NCBI RefSeq assembly: GCF_001194135.2
Contig: NC_068994.1
Coordinates: 16,721,551 to 16,785,550 of the forward strand
Direction: 5' to 3'
DNA length: 64,000 nucleotides
Origin: Octopus bimaculoides
Lineage: Eukaryota
Program-made: the position numbers and the translations under genes
In this document: piece by piece, positions 1 to 12,270 of the stretch
Numbering within the stretch: position 1 is the stretch's first letter
Layout of the letters: every line of letters begins with the position of its first letter
Notes under the pieces: model-generated
What the model was told of the DNA's origin: nothing
What the model saw: only the letters and a program-made list of their open reading frames with translations
Database searches by the model: none

Positions 1-41
<41 letters not shown>

Positions 42-207
42 ATAATAAAAATAATAAACGGCGGTCTCACCTCTATTAACTGACGCAAGTGGATTCCTGC
101 TGTTTCATGTATTCTGCAGTTTCATAATTCAGCCAGAATTATAGAATACGAGTTTTCAATAGTAAAGTGTTCGTTGATAATATTCCACTATTCTGTACAA
201 CCGACAA

Positions 208-231
208 ATGGCGATGTTTCACTTCGGCAAG
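208..231 (+). CDS. ACADSB: ACADSB putative coding exon 1 (MAMFHFGK)
   Basis: caaATGGCG start followed by an AAG|gtatgt donor. Phase 0 matches the acceptor of the 7568 exon and gives an Arg/Ser-rich, acid-poor presequence-like N-terminus. Too short for homology support. Confidence 0.6.
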
Positions 232-477
232 GTATGTTCTGCTCGTAATTATAGCTAAACTACTTAAATATAAGCACATATTGTTTTTATTTTATTAACC
301 TACGGATATTATTGAAAGGAAGTAAAAACAATAGGCACATTAATTTCCGAATTGAAAATGTAAACAATTAGTTTATCCCACGTGTTATTATAATTGCCCT
401 AAATTCTGACTCTTCCTCTTATCTGTGTTAAGTTCTTAATTAATTTAAGAATGAAAACATGATATATGTATTTACAA

Positions 478-533
478 TGATGCTTAACAGCCTGATAAGG
501 GGAGGATTTTCCTCATCAGACTGTTAAGCATCA
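478..533. repeat. 56-nt hairpin (23-nt arms, 10-nt loop)
   Basis: tgatgcttaacagcctgataagg / cctcatcagactgttaagcatca; 21 of 23 pairs are Watson-Crick. Confidence 0.9.
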
Positions 534-3474
534 CTGTAATGTAAATTTTTACTTGTTTCTTAGAACAACATCAGTTATACTATGGGTAACTTATTTTGTT
601 GGAATCGCAATTATCGGTAAATTATTTTGTTTTAACAGTTAGTCTTCAATGTTTATTTCTTCTATTGTATGAATCAACGCATGAGCATTTGAAGGGTGCA
701 ATGGACAACGTAACCCTGAAAAACTAGGAAGTGCTTCGCTGCAATGCATTTGATTATAAGTCTAGTCGAGAGCTAACTAACAATTATACTGTAGAACTCA
801 ATGTCTTTGATCGTCAAGTGGGAAACGTATGTCTACAACGAACCTGTAGTTCTTCCATACGTTTATATATATATATATATNNNNNNNNNNNNNNNNNNNN
901 NNNNNNNNNNNNNNNNNNNNNNNNNNNNNNNNNNNNNNNNNNNNNNNNNNNNNNNNNNNNNNNNNNNNNNNNNNNNNNNNNNNNNNNNNNNNNNNNNNNN
1001 NNNNNNNNNNNNNNNNNNNNNNNNNNNNNNNNNNNNNNNNNNNNNNNNNNNNNNNNNNNNNNNNNNNNNNNNNNNNNNNNNNNNNNNNNNNNNNNNNNNN
1101 NNNNNNNNNNNNNNNNNNNNNNNNNNNNNNNNNNNNNNNNNNNNNNNNNNNNNNNNNNNNNNNNNNNNNNNNNNNNNNNNNNNNNNNNNNNNNNNNNNNN
1201 NNNNNNNNNNNNNNNNNNNNNNNNNNNNNNNNNNNNNNNNNNNNNNNNNNNNNNNNNNNNNNNNNNNNNNNNNNNNNNNNNNNNNNNNNNNNNNNNNNNN
1301 NNNNNNNNNNNNNNNNNNNNNNNNNNNNNNNNNNNNNNNNNNNNNNNNNNNNNNNNNNNNNNNNNNNNNNNNNNNNNNNNNNNATATATTGTACTTAGGG
1401 ATGGTCATATTAACAACATGTTTCAACAAACGATTTCACATCAAAAATCTTGCAAAACAAATATATATATATATATAATTCAAATAGATTTGAAAGTGTC
1501 TGTTCAACAATATTTCTTATGATGTGGTTGGGATATTGATTTCTATAACTTACAAATAAATACGTTGTTTATATTGTTATCTATTTTGAGGGATCTATAT
1601 TGCCTTTCCATGTATGTATGGTTTTGCTGCTGGTTCTGAAAATTCTATTTTAATGATGAAGCTAATGTACTAATTAGAGATGTATCTAAACAATTATATT
1701 TATCAAGGGGTACCCTAACTTCTGTGAGTTCCAGTAAATTTTGAGCAAATTCTTCAGTAAAACAATCATCCAAAAGTATAGCTAAGTAAAGCTAATAAAA
1801 TGTTTATTTTGTTATTGGCGGGATCTGTTTTTGTAAGTTATCTGGAAAATTTTGCGAATTTGTGTTCTGTATGCCAGTAAGATCTGATTATGTAAACCAC
1901 AAGTGTGTTTCTAAGAAGTCTTTTATTTTTATCTTTGCTGCTCCTTGTTCGGAATAAATACATTGCTATCTAATTTAAAGAATAAAAATCGAGCAACTAC
2001 AATCTAACCAAAGTTTAAGACGTACACATGCATTTTACAATGTTATGGTTGTGTTTTTCAGATGAAAACCTAACCATAACATTACATAATTACACAACCC
2101 CCGCACACATTGACCTTCTGACTATGTAGTAGAATGTGTTCTGTTCGACTTGTTTACGTTTTTAATATATTTACAATCCTCTGCACCTGTTAGTGTTCCT
2201 TACATAGAAACAAGCAACCTTCGCTACCTTGATCTTATCTAAGAAACATAATAATAAATAGATTCACCAATGCTGTCTGCTACAGACGTGTCTAAACGGG
2301 GAACAAGAATAGATATTGGGTGGACGACAATTGAGTTGGGACGAAATTTGTACAAAAGAGGCCTTTCAACAAACAAAAAGCATGATATACACGAGAATTT
2401 CTTTTTTCGGTGGAAGTGGAGGACAATCACTGACCTTTAAAGCGAAAAAAAAAAAAAACTGACATATAAGACAGGTATGCGAAATACATTTTGTGTACTT
2501 CTTTCTCTGTTTATTCGGATAAGCAGTAGAAATTATTGCGCACAAGCACAAGCACAAAAATTCTCGGGACATTTAGCTGTTATTTTTAGCATATCGAGTT
2601 TCGTGGTGAAGGCTTCATATGCCGTGGTTCTTTTGCTGTTTCACTATAAACCTACGTATGTGGAAACGGACTGAACAGCCGTTCACTTTCACTTTTAAAC
2701 GGCTTGGTGTGCCTCAATGTTGAAGTTTTCCAAAAAAAATTTGAAATTAAAACGTGTTTTATTTTCCCCACATTCTTAATCTCCGTATTTTTCCACGTAG
2801 ATCGAAAAAAAAATTCGAAAAAAAATTAAAAACTGGGGGTGTGGGGATAAAAAGTTTTGAAAACGTGGTTTTTTGCATATTCAGAATCTTCGTCATTGAA
2901 AACATAGGAATCTGGTGAAAAAAAAATCCTAAAGGTCAGTTGAGGNNNNNNNNNNNGGGGGGGGGGGCTGACTGTCCTCCAGTTCCACCTTTTTTTCAAT
3001 ATCTAGAAATTAGCTTTGTAAACGAAATAAGCAAAACAGCTAAAACAGGTGTTTCTAAATTCTTTGGCTAAATTATCAAAGTTGAACTATATTTAATTTC
3101 TTAATTATTGTAAATTTTAATAATAGTTTCAAATTTTGGCATACGGACAGTAATTGTAGGAACAGGGGGGTTAGTTGATTACATCGACCCCTGTACTTGT
3201 TTAGTACTTATTTTATTGACCCCGTATGGATAAAAGGCTAAATTGACCTCAGTGGAATTTGAACCCAGAACACCAGTTTGTAAATTTTAATAATAGAATG
3301 ACAGGTAATAGGGTAAAAAACAAAGTAAAGGTTATAGCATTTGTTGTGGTCAAAGAACATACAGTTACGGAGTTATCAGATGAAAGAATTGAACATGTTC
3401 AGTATAAGGGCTGAAAGTTTGAGGCACTACAGGAACGATATAAGAATTTACAGATGTGTAACAAGAGTTTAGAT

Positions 3475-4025
3475 CAGGGATTCTTAATCCTTTTTTTAAT
3501 CTATGGACCACCTTGATTACTATTTTATTCTGATGGAGAAATGATGTTGACAACATTAAGAAGGACATGATGGTGGCGACAAAGAAGGAGGTTGCCATAA
3601 TGCTGTTGGATGAAGATGGTGAGTCTCAACATAGTTATTGTGATGGTGGTGTTGTCACTGGAACTAGCTGTGTCTTTATGGTCAGTGGCTAGGCCACAAA
3701 AGTTCTGGAACCAAAGACTTCAAGACGAGAAGAAGCTGGGTTTTTATAGTGAACAGTAGACTCAAATGCGGTAGTGAACAGGCTGTCCCATGTGATCCTA
3801 TTTAGGGCCTCTGACTGGTTATACGTAGCAAATTGGTGCAATTGAGTAAGAGACAAATTACGCCAATATCAACCAATCAGAGTAGTGGACACAACAGGAT
3901 CCAAATAGTGGCCAAAGGCTAGCTGTTCTCTGCTATGTTCGAATGCACGTATATATAATATATGGGAGAGAGGAATTTCAGAGTCTATACTACAATATTA
4001 TATGGACACCAATTGAGAACCACTG
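3475..4025. mobile_element. Probable hAT-type MITE
   Basis: Ends cagggattcttaa / ttgagaaccactg; imperfect TSD gtttagat / gttagat. Related ends occur near 18684 and 63790. Confidence 0.55.
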
Positions 4026-4665
4026 GTTAGATGATGTATTCCACCATTGTATGAGCAATAGAAGAGCCAGCAGTAGCATAGCTGGAGAGTGCTGTACTTT
4101 ACAGGTACAGCATTGATTTACCGGAACCTTTAGTTCCCAAGTCTTTCTGGCTTACTGTTTTTTTCTGATCCAGGGTGGTTACCTTGGCTAACAGACTCCA
4201 AACTAAACAAATGTTTAATGTATGGAGTAATTGGTAACATGGTTGTTTGCTGATAGAGTTGTGGTTTAGATCTTGTAAAAGAAATTCTCCTTTTCATAGG
4301 TGCAGAAACTTCCCAACCACATGATTCCAGGTTCAGTCTCAGTGTGTGGTACCTTGGGCAAATGTCTTCTTCTACAGCTTCAGGCCAGCTAAAGTGGATT
4401 TGGTAGACGGAAACTGAAAGAAGCCTGTTGTCTTGGTGTCTGTGTTTGTCCCCCATCACCACTTGACAACTGGTGTTGGTGTGTTTACTTCCCCGTAACT
4501 TAGCAATCTGGCAAAATAGACTGATGGAATAAGTACCAGGTTTTAAAAAAAGGTACTGGGTTTGATTCATTCGACTAAAAATTCTTCAAGGCAGTGAGCT
4601 GGTAGAATTGTTACCATGCTGGGCAAAATGCTTAGTGGCATTTTGTTCATCTTTACTTTCAGAGT

Positions 4666-5366
4666 TCAAATGCTGCCTTTTGTACTTTCAGGGACATAAG
4701 TACCAGTTGAGCACTGGGGTCAATGTAATCAACTTACACCCCTCCCCCGAAAAAACTGGCCTTGTGCCAAAATTGGAAACCAATATTAGATATCTTTTGA
4801 CAACCTGACATGTAAATCCAGATCCAGCCTCTCACACCTATCCTACAATCATTCTAAAAATAAACAATGTAAGCATGGCTGTGTGTTAAGAGGCTTGCTT
4901 CCCAACCACATGGTTCTGGGTTCAGTCTCTTTGCGTGGCTCCTTGGGCAAGCATCTTCTTCTATAGCCTTGTACTGATCAAAGCCTTGTGAATGGATTTG
5001 GTAGACAGAAACTGAAAGAAGCCTATCATGTATAAGTACTGAGGTTGATTCATTTAACTAAAAATTCTTCGACGTGGTAAATATTCAAGGTTTTGCAGTA
5101 ACAGATTGAAACAGAGAGCATCGTTAGCATGTATAATCATAGTGCAGCAAGTGAGAAAGCTTTAGATTTAGGTTCTGAGTATACCATTCACTGGAAAGGA
5201 ATTTGGTAAGAAGATTTACGTGTCAGGTTGTCAAAAGATATCTAATATTGGTTTCAAATTTTGGCACAAGGCCAGCAATTTAAGGGGAGGGGTGTAAGTT
5301 GATTACATTGACCCCAGTGCTCAACTGGTACTTATGTCCCTTAAAAGGACAAAAGGCAGCATTTGA
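4666..5366. repeat. Inverted duplication, arms of about 153 bp (4666-4818 and 5213-5366)
   Basis: The arms share a SINE-B tail, private deletions and the same unique flank (agatatcttttgacaacctgac). Confidence 0.9.
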
Positions 5367-6915
5367 TAAAGGTAATCATATCATTGAAATCTTTAAGTTA
5401 CAAAATAATGATTCATATAAAACAATATGAATAAATAAACATTAAATTTGACAGTAATCTAAATGCTAAAGTATTAAAACAAGAAGTTTGTATCATAGAA
5501 CCAGAAGCAGTCTCAGGCAGGTTGGTATCAAAAGGGTTAAATTATGTAATTCTGGTGCAGTTTTCCGGAACAAAAGATAAGGATTGATATGGCTGGAATG
5601 CCTTTGATCAAAGATCATCTCAATTAGAACTAACATCAGATTTAACAACAACAATATTATTAGTAATGTATGTATTGTTGAGTCAGTTGACAATACCACC
5701 TGTGTTTCAAAATTGAACCTAAGGTAATCTACCTGTAATTTTGGTTAAGCTGAATCTGACGACTGACTGTCTATTGTGGAATTCTGATTTTGACTCATGT
5801 AATGTTTGTTGTATTTTTCTCTTGATTAGAAAACAGTGATGGTGCATGGCTTTAATGGTTAGAGTATTCAGCTCACGATTGTAAGGTAATGAGTTCAATT
5901 CCCAATGGTGCGTCGTGCCCTTGAGCAAGACACTTTATTTCTCATTGCTCCAGTCCACTCAGCTGGCAAAAATGAGTAGTACCTGTATTTCAAAGGGCAG
6001 CCTTGTCACATTCTGTGTCATGTTGAATCTCCCTGAGAACTACATTAAGGGTTCACATGTCTGTGGAGTGCTCAGCCACTTTCGTGTTAATTTCTTGAGC
6101 AGGTTGTTTCATTGATTAGATCAATTAGCAAACATTGAAATTGTAGAGTCTTTACTGTTAGAATGATAGGGTTATATTTATCCTTCTTAAATGGATTATT
6201 TAAAGGAAGAAATGCAGAGCTGATGGCATTTTGCAAAGCCTTGAGGTTGGTGGGTTTGGGAGTAAGAAAAAGAGGAGAATTACTCATGTCTTGCTACAGT
6301 ATAAAGCAGACAATTCATTATCTTCAGACAGGAGATGTGGTTTTATTGCTTACATGATCGGGCACCACTGAAGCACCTAAGGACCAATGTCTGAAATGAA
6401 TTAAAAAGGAAATTCAAATGAAATAATATAGATTTTAACAATAACATATAATCTCACACAAACATGTATCTAATTTGGATTCACATTATAGTCACAGGCA
6501 TGGCAGAGTAGTTAAGAAGTCTGCTTCCCATCCACATGGTTTTTGGGTTCACTCCAGCTGCATGGCACCTTGAGTTTACCAAAGCCTTATGAGTAGATTT
6601 GGCAGTCAAAAAGAAGCCTGTTGTATGTGTGTGTGTGTGTGTGTGTACGTGAGTATGTTTGTGTTTCCCTGTCTTGACATTACATGATTGTTGTGAATGG
6701 ATGTCATTTATTTCCAATATTCTATGAAAACATGTTTGGCCATGGGGAAATATTAACTTGCTTAGAAACAGGTAAGGTTTGGCAAAAGGAAAGACATCTG
6801 GCCATAGAAAATCTGACTCATGCAAGCATGGAAAAGTGGATGTTAAGTGGCAGTGGTGGTGGTGGTGGCAGTTAATCCTAATTAATTTTATCAAAATGAA
6901 TTATACTTTTTTCAA

Positions 6916-7293
6916 TTGTTGTTGTTGTTGGCACTCCGTCGCTTATGACATCAAGGGTTCCAGTTGATCCAATCAACGGAACAGCCTGCTCGTGAAATTA
7001 ATGTGCAAGTGGATGAACACTCCACAGACATGTGTACCCTTAACGTAGTTCTCGGGGATATTCAGCGTGACACAGTGTGACAAGGCTGACCCTTTGAATT
7101 ACAGGCACAACAGAAACAGGAAGTAAGAGTGAGAGAAAGTTGTGGTGAAAGAGTACAGCAGGGTTCACCACCATCCCCTGCCGGAGCCTTACGGAGCTTT
7201 AGGTGTTTTCGCTCAATAAACACTCACAACGCCCGGTCTGGCAATCGAAGCCGTGAGTCCGCTGCCCTAACCACTGGGCCATTGCGCCTCCAC
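6916..7293 (-). mobile_element. tRNA-derived SINE family A (similar to octopus OR-type; assignment unverified)
   Basis: Head gtggaggcgcaatggcccagtggttagggc with A/B boxes and (caa)n tail. Near-identical to the copies at 18803, 28404, 40739 and 41753. Confidence 0.9.
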
Positions 7294-7567
7294 TTATTTA
7301 AGGCAGTAAACTGGCAGAATCATTAGCATGCTGGACGAAATCCTTAGCGGCATTTCACCCGTTGCTACATTCTGAGTTAAAATTCTGCCAAGGTCGACCT
7401 TGCCTTTCATCCTTTCGGGGTCAGTAAATTAATAAGTATCAGTTGAAGACTGGGGTTGTTGTAATAGACTCATCCCCTCCCTACAAATTGCTGCCCTTGT
7501 AGCAAAATCTGAAACCATTATTATTATTGTTATTATTTGTTTGTTTGTTTTTTTAATTATTTTACAG

Positions 7568-7793
7568 TTGGCCCTTTGTCCTGCTCTCTGGAGAAGTATC
7601 AAGCCCCAAAATGTCTGCAGAATGTGGTCATCCACTGCTGTTAGAAAAAGGCTAGCATTACCATTTTCTGCACAACATGTCACTCCTTCAAGAAAGATGT
7701 CTGCTCCAGCTGAAAATCTTCATTGCGCCACAGTGGATAAGCATCTGCCCCTGAACAAGTTATCAGAAGAGGAAGAAATGATGCGGGACACAG
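7568..7793 (+). CDS. ACADSB: ACADSB exon 2 (targeting peptide and start of mature protein)
   Basis: tttacag|TTG...ACAG|gtagat. Encodes LALCPALWRSIKPQ...HLPLNKLSEEEEMMRDT, matching the ACADSB 'PLQTFTDEEMMIKSS' region, with a phase-1 end. Confidence 0.85.
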
Positions 7794-8480
7794 GTAGATA
7801 TCATCTTATAACTGTAATTTTAACATATGGTATATGTATGAGAGAGAGAGAGAGAGTGAATGAAAGAGAGTATAGGAAAGTGATGAAGAGAGAGAGAGAG
7901 AAATTAGACTAGATTAGCTTCTTCAACTTTCTGAGTATTAAAATAATTGTTATCAGGCATATTAACATTCAAGACTTGGGGAATTGACATGAAAGATTTG
8001 AGAGGTGGTGAGATTCAGTATTTATAAAATTTGTAGGGTTTTTATTTAGTAATAATTTTTCGTGTGTGTGTGTGTGTGTGTTGTTTATGTGTAGAGAAGG
8101 TGTAGTATTACAAAGTTCTCTCTCTCTCTCCTTGTGATTAGTGATTGGGTCATGTTTCCATTAAAAGTTATTTTTAAGGTTTCTATTCATGTAGGTACAA
8201 GGTGGTATCAAAAAGTTCCCGGACTAGTTCTGAATAAACAATTGAATAAACAATTCACTGGATATATGTGTATACAAATCAAATGGATAGTAGGTAGTGT
8301 TTGAGAAAGTGTTGTTGGTTGAAGGCTAGATTTGTAATAAAGCTTACGTTCAGAACACTGAGATGATATAAGACTAAAACAATTAGCAATACACTATAGA
8401 AGAAACACATGTAACCCATCCATACCAGGCTGGAGAAATTGATGGTCAAATGATGATGTTGATAATATAACATATAAGTA

Positions 8481-9444
8481 NNNNNNNNNNNNNNNNNNNN
8501 NNNNNNNNNNNNNNNNNNNNNNNNNNNNNNNNNNNNNNNNNNNNNNNNNNNNNNNNNNNNNNNNNNNNNNNNNNNNNNNNNNNNNNNNNNNNNNNNNNNN
8601 NNNNNNNNNNNNNNNNNNNNNNNNNNNNNNNNNNNNNNNNNNNNNNNNNNNNNNNNNNNNNNNNNNNNNNNNNNNNNNNNNNNNNNNNNNNNNNNNNNNN
8701 NNNNNNNNNNNNNNNNNNNNNNNNNNNNNNNNNNNNNNNNNNNNNNNNNNNNNNNNNNNNNNNNNNNNNNNNNNNNNNNNNNNNNNNNNNNNNNNNNNNN
8801 NNNNNNNNNNNNNNNNNNNNNNNNNNNNNNNNNNNNNNNNNNNNNNNNNNNNNNNNNNNNNNNNNNNNNNNNNNNNNNNNNNNNNNNNNNNNNNNNNNNN
8901 NNNNNNNNNNNNNNNNNNNNNNNNNNNNNNNNNNNNNNNNNNNNNNNNNNNNNNNNNNNNNNNNNNNNNNNNNNNNNNNNNNNNNNNNNNNNNNNNNNNN
9001 NNNNNNNNNNNNNNNNNNNNNNNNNNNNNNNNNNNNNNNNNNNNNNNNNNNNNNNNNNNNNNNNNNNNNNNNNNNNNNNNNNNNNNNNNNNNNNNNNNNN
9101 NNNNNNNNNNNNNNNNNNNNNNNNNNNNNNNNNNNNNNNNNNNNNNNNNNNNNNNNNNNNNNNNNNNNNNNNNNNNNNNNNNNNNNNNNNNNNNNNNNNN
9201 NNNNNNNNNNNNNNNNNNNNNNNNNNNNNNNNNNNNNNNNNNNNNNNNNNNNNNNNNNNNNNNNNNNNNNNNNNNNNNNNNNNNNNNNNNNNNNNNNNNN
9301 NNNNNNNNNNNNNNNNNNNNNNNNNNNNNNNNNNNNNNNNNNNNNNNNNNNNNNNNNNNNNNNNNNNNNNNNNNNNNNNNNNNNNNNNNNNNNNNNNNNN
9401 NNNNNNNNNNNNNNNNNNNNNNNNNNNNNNNNNNNNNNNNNNNN
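8481..9444. other. Assembly gap likely hiding ACADSB exon 3
   Basis: The segment equivalent to human [34 protein letters not shown] was not found between exon 2 (ends phase 1) and exon 4 (starts phase 0). This is the only gap in that interval. Confidence 0.75.
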
Positions 9445-9484
<40 letters not shown>

Positions 9485-11210
9485 TGGACTGTTTATACCA
9501 AAATGTTAGCCTGCTCATCAGAATGTGTGCACTATCATGATAGATCCCATGGTGGACATGTACCTTGTAAGAGAACAGTAATTAAGGTACTCATCTATTT
9601 GAATTAAAACGGTGCTGTGCATATCAACAAGTACATGCCTTCATTTATGTGTTTCAAAGACAGTATTCCACTATGATTATAGTATAATGATTGAAGTCTG
9701 TCAAAGAAAAGAACTAACTACTCTATATTAAAAAAAAAACACTATCTGATATTTGCTTTTCTGTCTCTCTAGTTTACATACTTCTGCCACACTCAACACT
9801 ATGCTGCTTGTAGTCTTGTGATACATGGCCTTGTAACTTATGTGTTCAGCATAAGTAGCTGAGAATCAGTAAACTATAGATTAACCTGCTGGATTTCTCT
9901 ATGAGGACCAAATGCTTGGAGAGGATGAGGATTCTGTTCCCATCTATTTTTCATTTGTGGGGAAAATAAATAAGCATACAACTAATTGTTAAATGGAAGA
10001 AGCATTTCATATATTCGCAGCTCATGACTTATGAGTTAACATCTTACTACAGGTTTTGTCTTTGCCTGTGGCTTAAACATGATCAACTCAGTCTTGCTGG
10101 TAAATAATTAAGCTCACGCTCATGCTAGATTAATATCCTGTCCATAAGAAGCTTCATTTCCTTCATGCTTAATGTCGCAGAAATCATAATTAAACATGTT
10201 CCCCTCCAAGTAAACACTGGGTAATTATAAAAGGACGAATTTGATTTAATGGAGATAAATATGTAACCCACAGTTACCCTTAGAAGCCAATTACATGGAA
10301 AGAAGGTTTGGGTTAGAGATTTTTAGTGATTAAGCTAGTTGGATTTTGAGCATGAACATTGCATATTGGCAAAGTATTTAAAAATTCTAGAAGCTGAAAC
10401 AATGGTCTTTAGTTCAAGTCTAATTAGAGATATATTTGCATGTGGATTTACAAAACACTTCATTTCACACTTCTCCAGTCCACTCAGCTGAAAATAAGTT
10501 CCAGCAAAAGCTCACAAGTTAACTCTACAATAGACTGGCTTCTTGTCCAGGGAGGAGTGTTGTAATCTCAGTTGATTTTATGCTATGGAAACTGTGTGGT
10601 AAGAAATTTGGTTCTACAGTTTGTTTATTTATTTATTTATTTTGTATATGCAGTGATAGATAGATAGGTACAATTAAGAAACTCACTTCTCAATCAGATA
10701 GCTTCAGTCCCTGAGTGACACCTTTAGCAAGTGTCTTCTTTACCTCCTGGCCAACCAATACATTGTAAAGAAACTTGGTAGATGAAAAGACAAAGAAACA
10801 CCCATTGTGTGTGTGTGTGTGTATTTATATTTGAGTGCATGCATTTATGGGAATGTGTACAAAAACTATGCTGAGCTAGGCTACAGATGGTAACTACAAA
10901 CAGTGACATTGTTTGCAGTTTGCCTGCAACAGGTGACATTTGTTGGTATTCCTTATCAATACATTGTTTGCTAGCTTTGCACTTCAGATTCCTCTGGAAT
11001 AAAAAATCCTTTACTTGAAAAACAGATATTGGTTGGTGAAAGGAAGTGCATCCAGTGGTTAAAATCCTACTTCAGTTTCCTACTGCTTAAGCCATACTAG
11101 CTTGGAATAATAATTAAATATTTTTTGAGGGATGGAGCTGTTACTTTGGACATTCTTCTAATATTATAAACTAGATATTTCATGATTGTAAGTGGATGGT
11201 TAGAATTTCT

Positions 11211-11443
11211 TTTTTCTTTATTGCCCACAAGAGGCTAAACATAGAGGGGACAAACAAGGACAGACAAACGGACTAAGTCGATTACATCGACCCCAGTGCG
11301 TAACTGGTACTTAATTTATCGACCCTGAAAGGATGAAAGGCAAAGTCAACCTCAGCGGAATTTGAATTCAGAACGTAACGGCAGATGAAATACCGTTAAG
11401 CATTTCGCCCGGCATGCTAACATTTCTGCCAGCTCGCCGCCTT
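11211..11443 (-). mobile_element. tRNA-derived SINE family B copy with a 13-bp TSD
   Basis: Head aaggcggcgagctggcagaaa, B-box gagttcaaatt; TSD ggttagaatttct at 11198-11210 and 11444-11456. Older copies lie near 3130, 4590, 7300, 11580, 14660, 22900, 33490, 51380 and 57900. Confidence 0.88.
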
Positions 11444-11777
11444 GGTTAGAATTTCTGTTAATATACAATTGATTTTCTTTTGACTTTTTATAAGGATAAT
11501 ACATTTATCACAAATTAGGTTATCTGAAAAATGATAGTACTTACATAATGGTCATTTTAAAAATAGATTTGATTGATGCACCTGCAGAAATAACAGTGTT
11601 TCGTCCATCTTTACATTCTGAGTTCAAATGATGTCAAGGTCAACTTTGCCTTTCATCCTTTCAGGGTCAATAAAATAAGCCCCAGTCGAGCACTGGGGTT
11701 GATGTAATCCCTACTCCTGAACTTTCTGGCCTTGTGCTAAAATTTGAAACCAATTTTTTTTTTTTTTTTCGTTGCAG

Positions 11778-11984
11778 TTAATGGGAATAGATATTGATCC
11801 AATATATGGTGGCACTGGCTCATCATTCTTTGTTGCTAACCTGGTGATAGAAGAACTGGCTAAAGTTGATCCAGCAGTTAGTGCTATGGTGGATGTACAC
11901 AACACGGTTGTCAATGCTGTATTTCGAAGTCATGCTTCCCCAGCTCACAAAGAAAAGTACTTGCCTCGATTGACAAGTGATACG
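11778..11984 (+). CDS. ACADSB: ACADSB exon 4
   Basis: AG/GT-bounded 207 nt encoding LMGIDIDPIYGGTGSSFFVANLVIEELAKVDPAVS...EKYLPRLTSDT. Confidence 0.97.
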
Positions 11985-12201
11985 GTCTGTTTGCGTTTTT
12001 CTTTTTATCTTTTACTTGTTTCAGTCTTTGGATTATAATTATGTTGGAGCATGACCAAGGAAAGTTTTAATCAAATAAATCAATCCCAGCACTTATTTTT
12101 CAGCCTGGTACTTAGTCCATCAGTTTCTTTTTACTGAAATACTGTGTTATGGGGACAAAACAAACACCGATCGTCAAGTGGTGGTAGGGGACAAACTTGC
12201 A

Positions 12202-12270
<69 letters not shown>

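Noticed and set aside
731-1522. Long ORFs spanning N runs (also at 8394, 12144, 31119, 46900, 48954 and 51897)
   Set aside because: Artefacts of translating gaps as X. The flanks are (AT)n/(CA)n microsatellites.
1500-1950. Coding-looking stretch on the minus strand (LAILLDDCFTEEFAQNLLELTEVRVPLDKY...)
   Set aside because: Interrupted by stops and not assignable to a family; probably an old transposon remnant.
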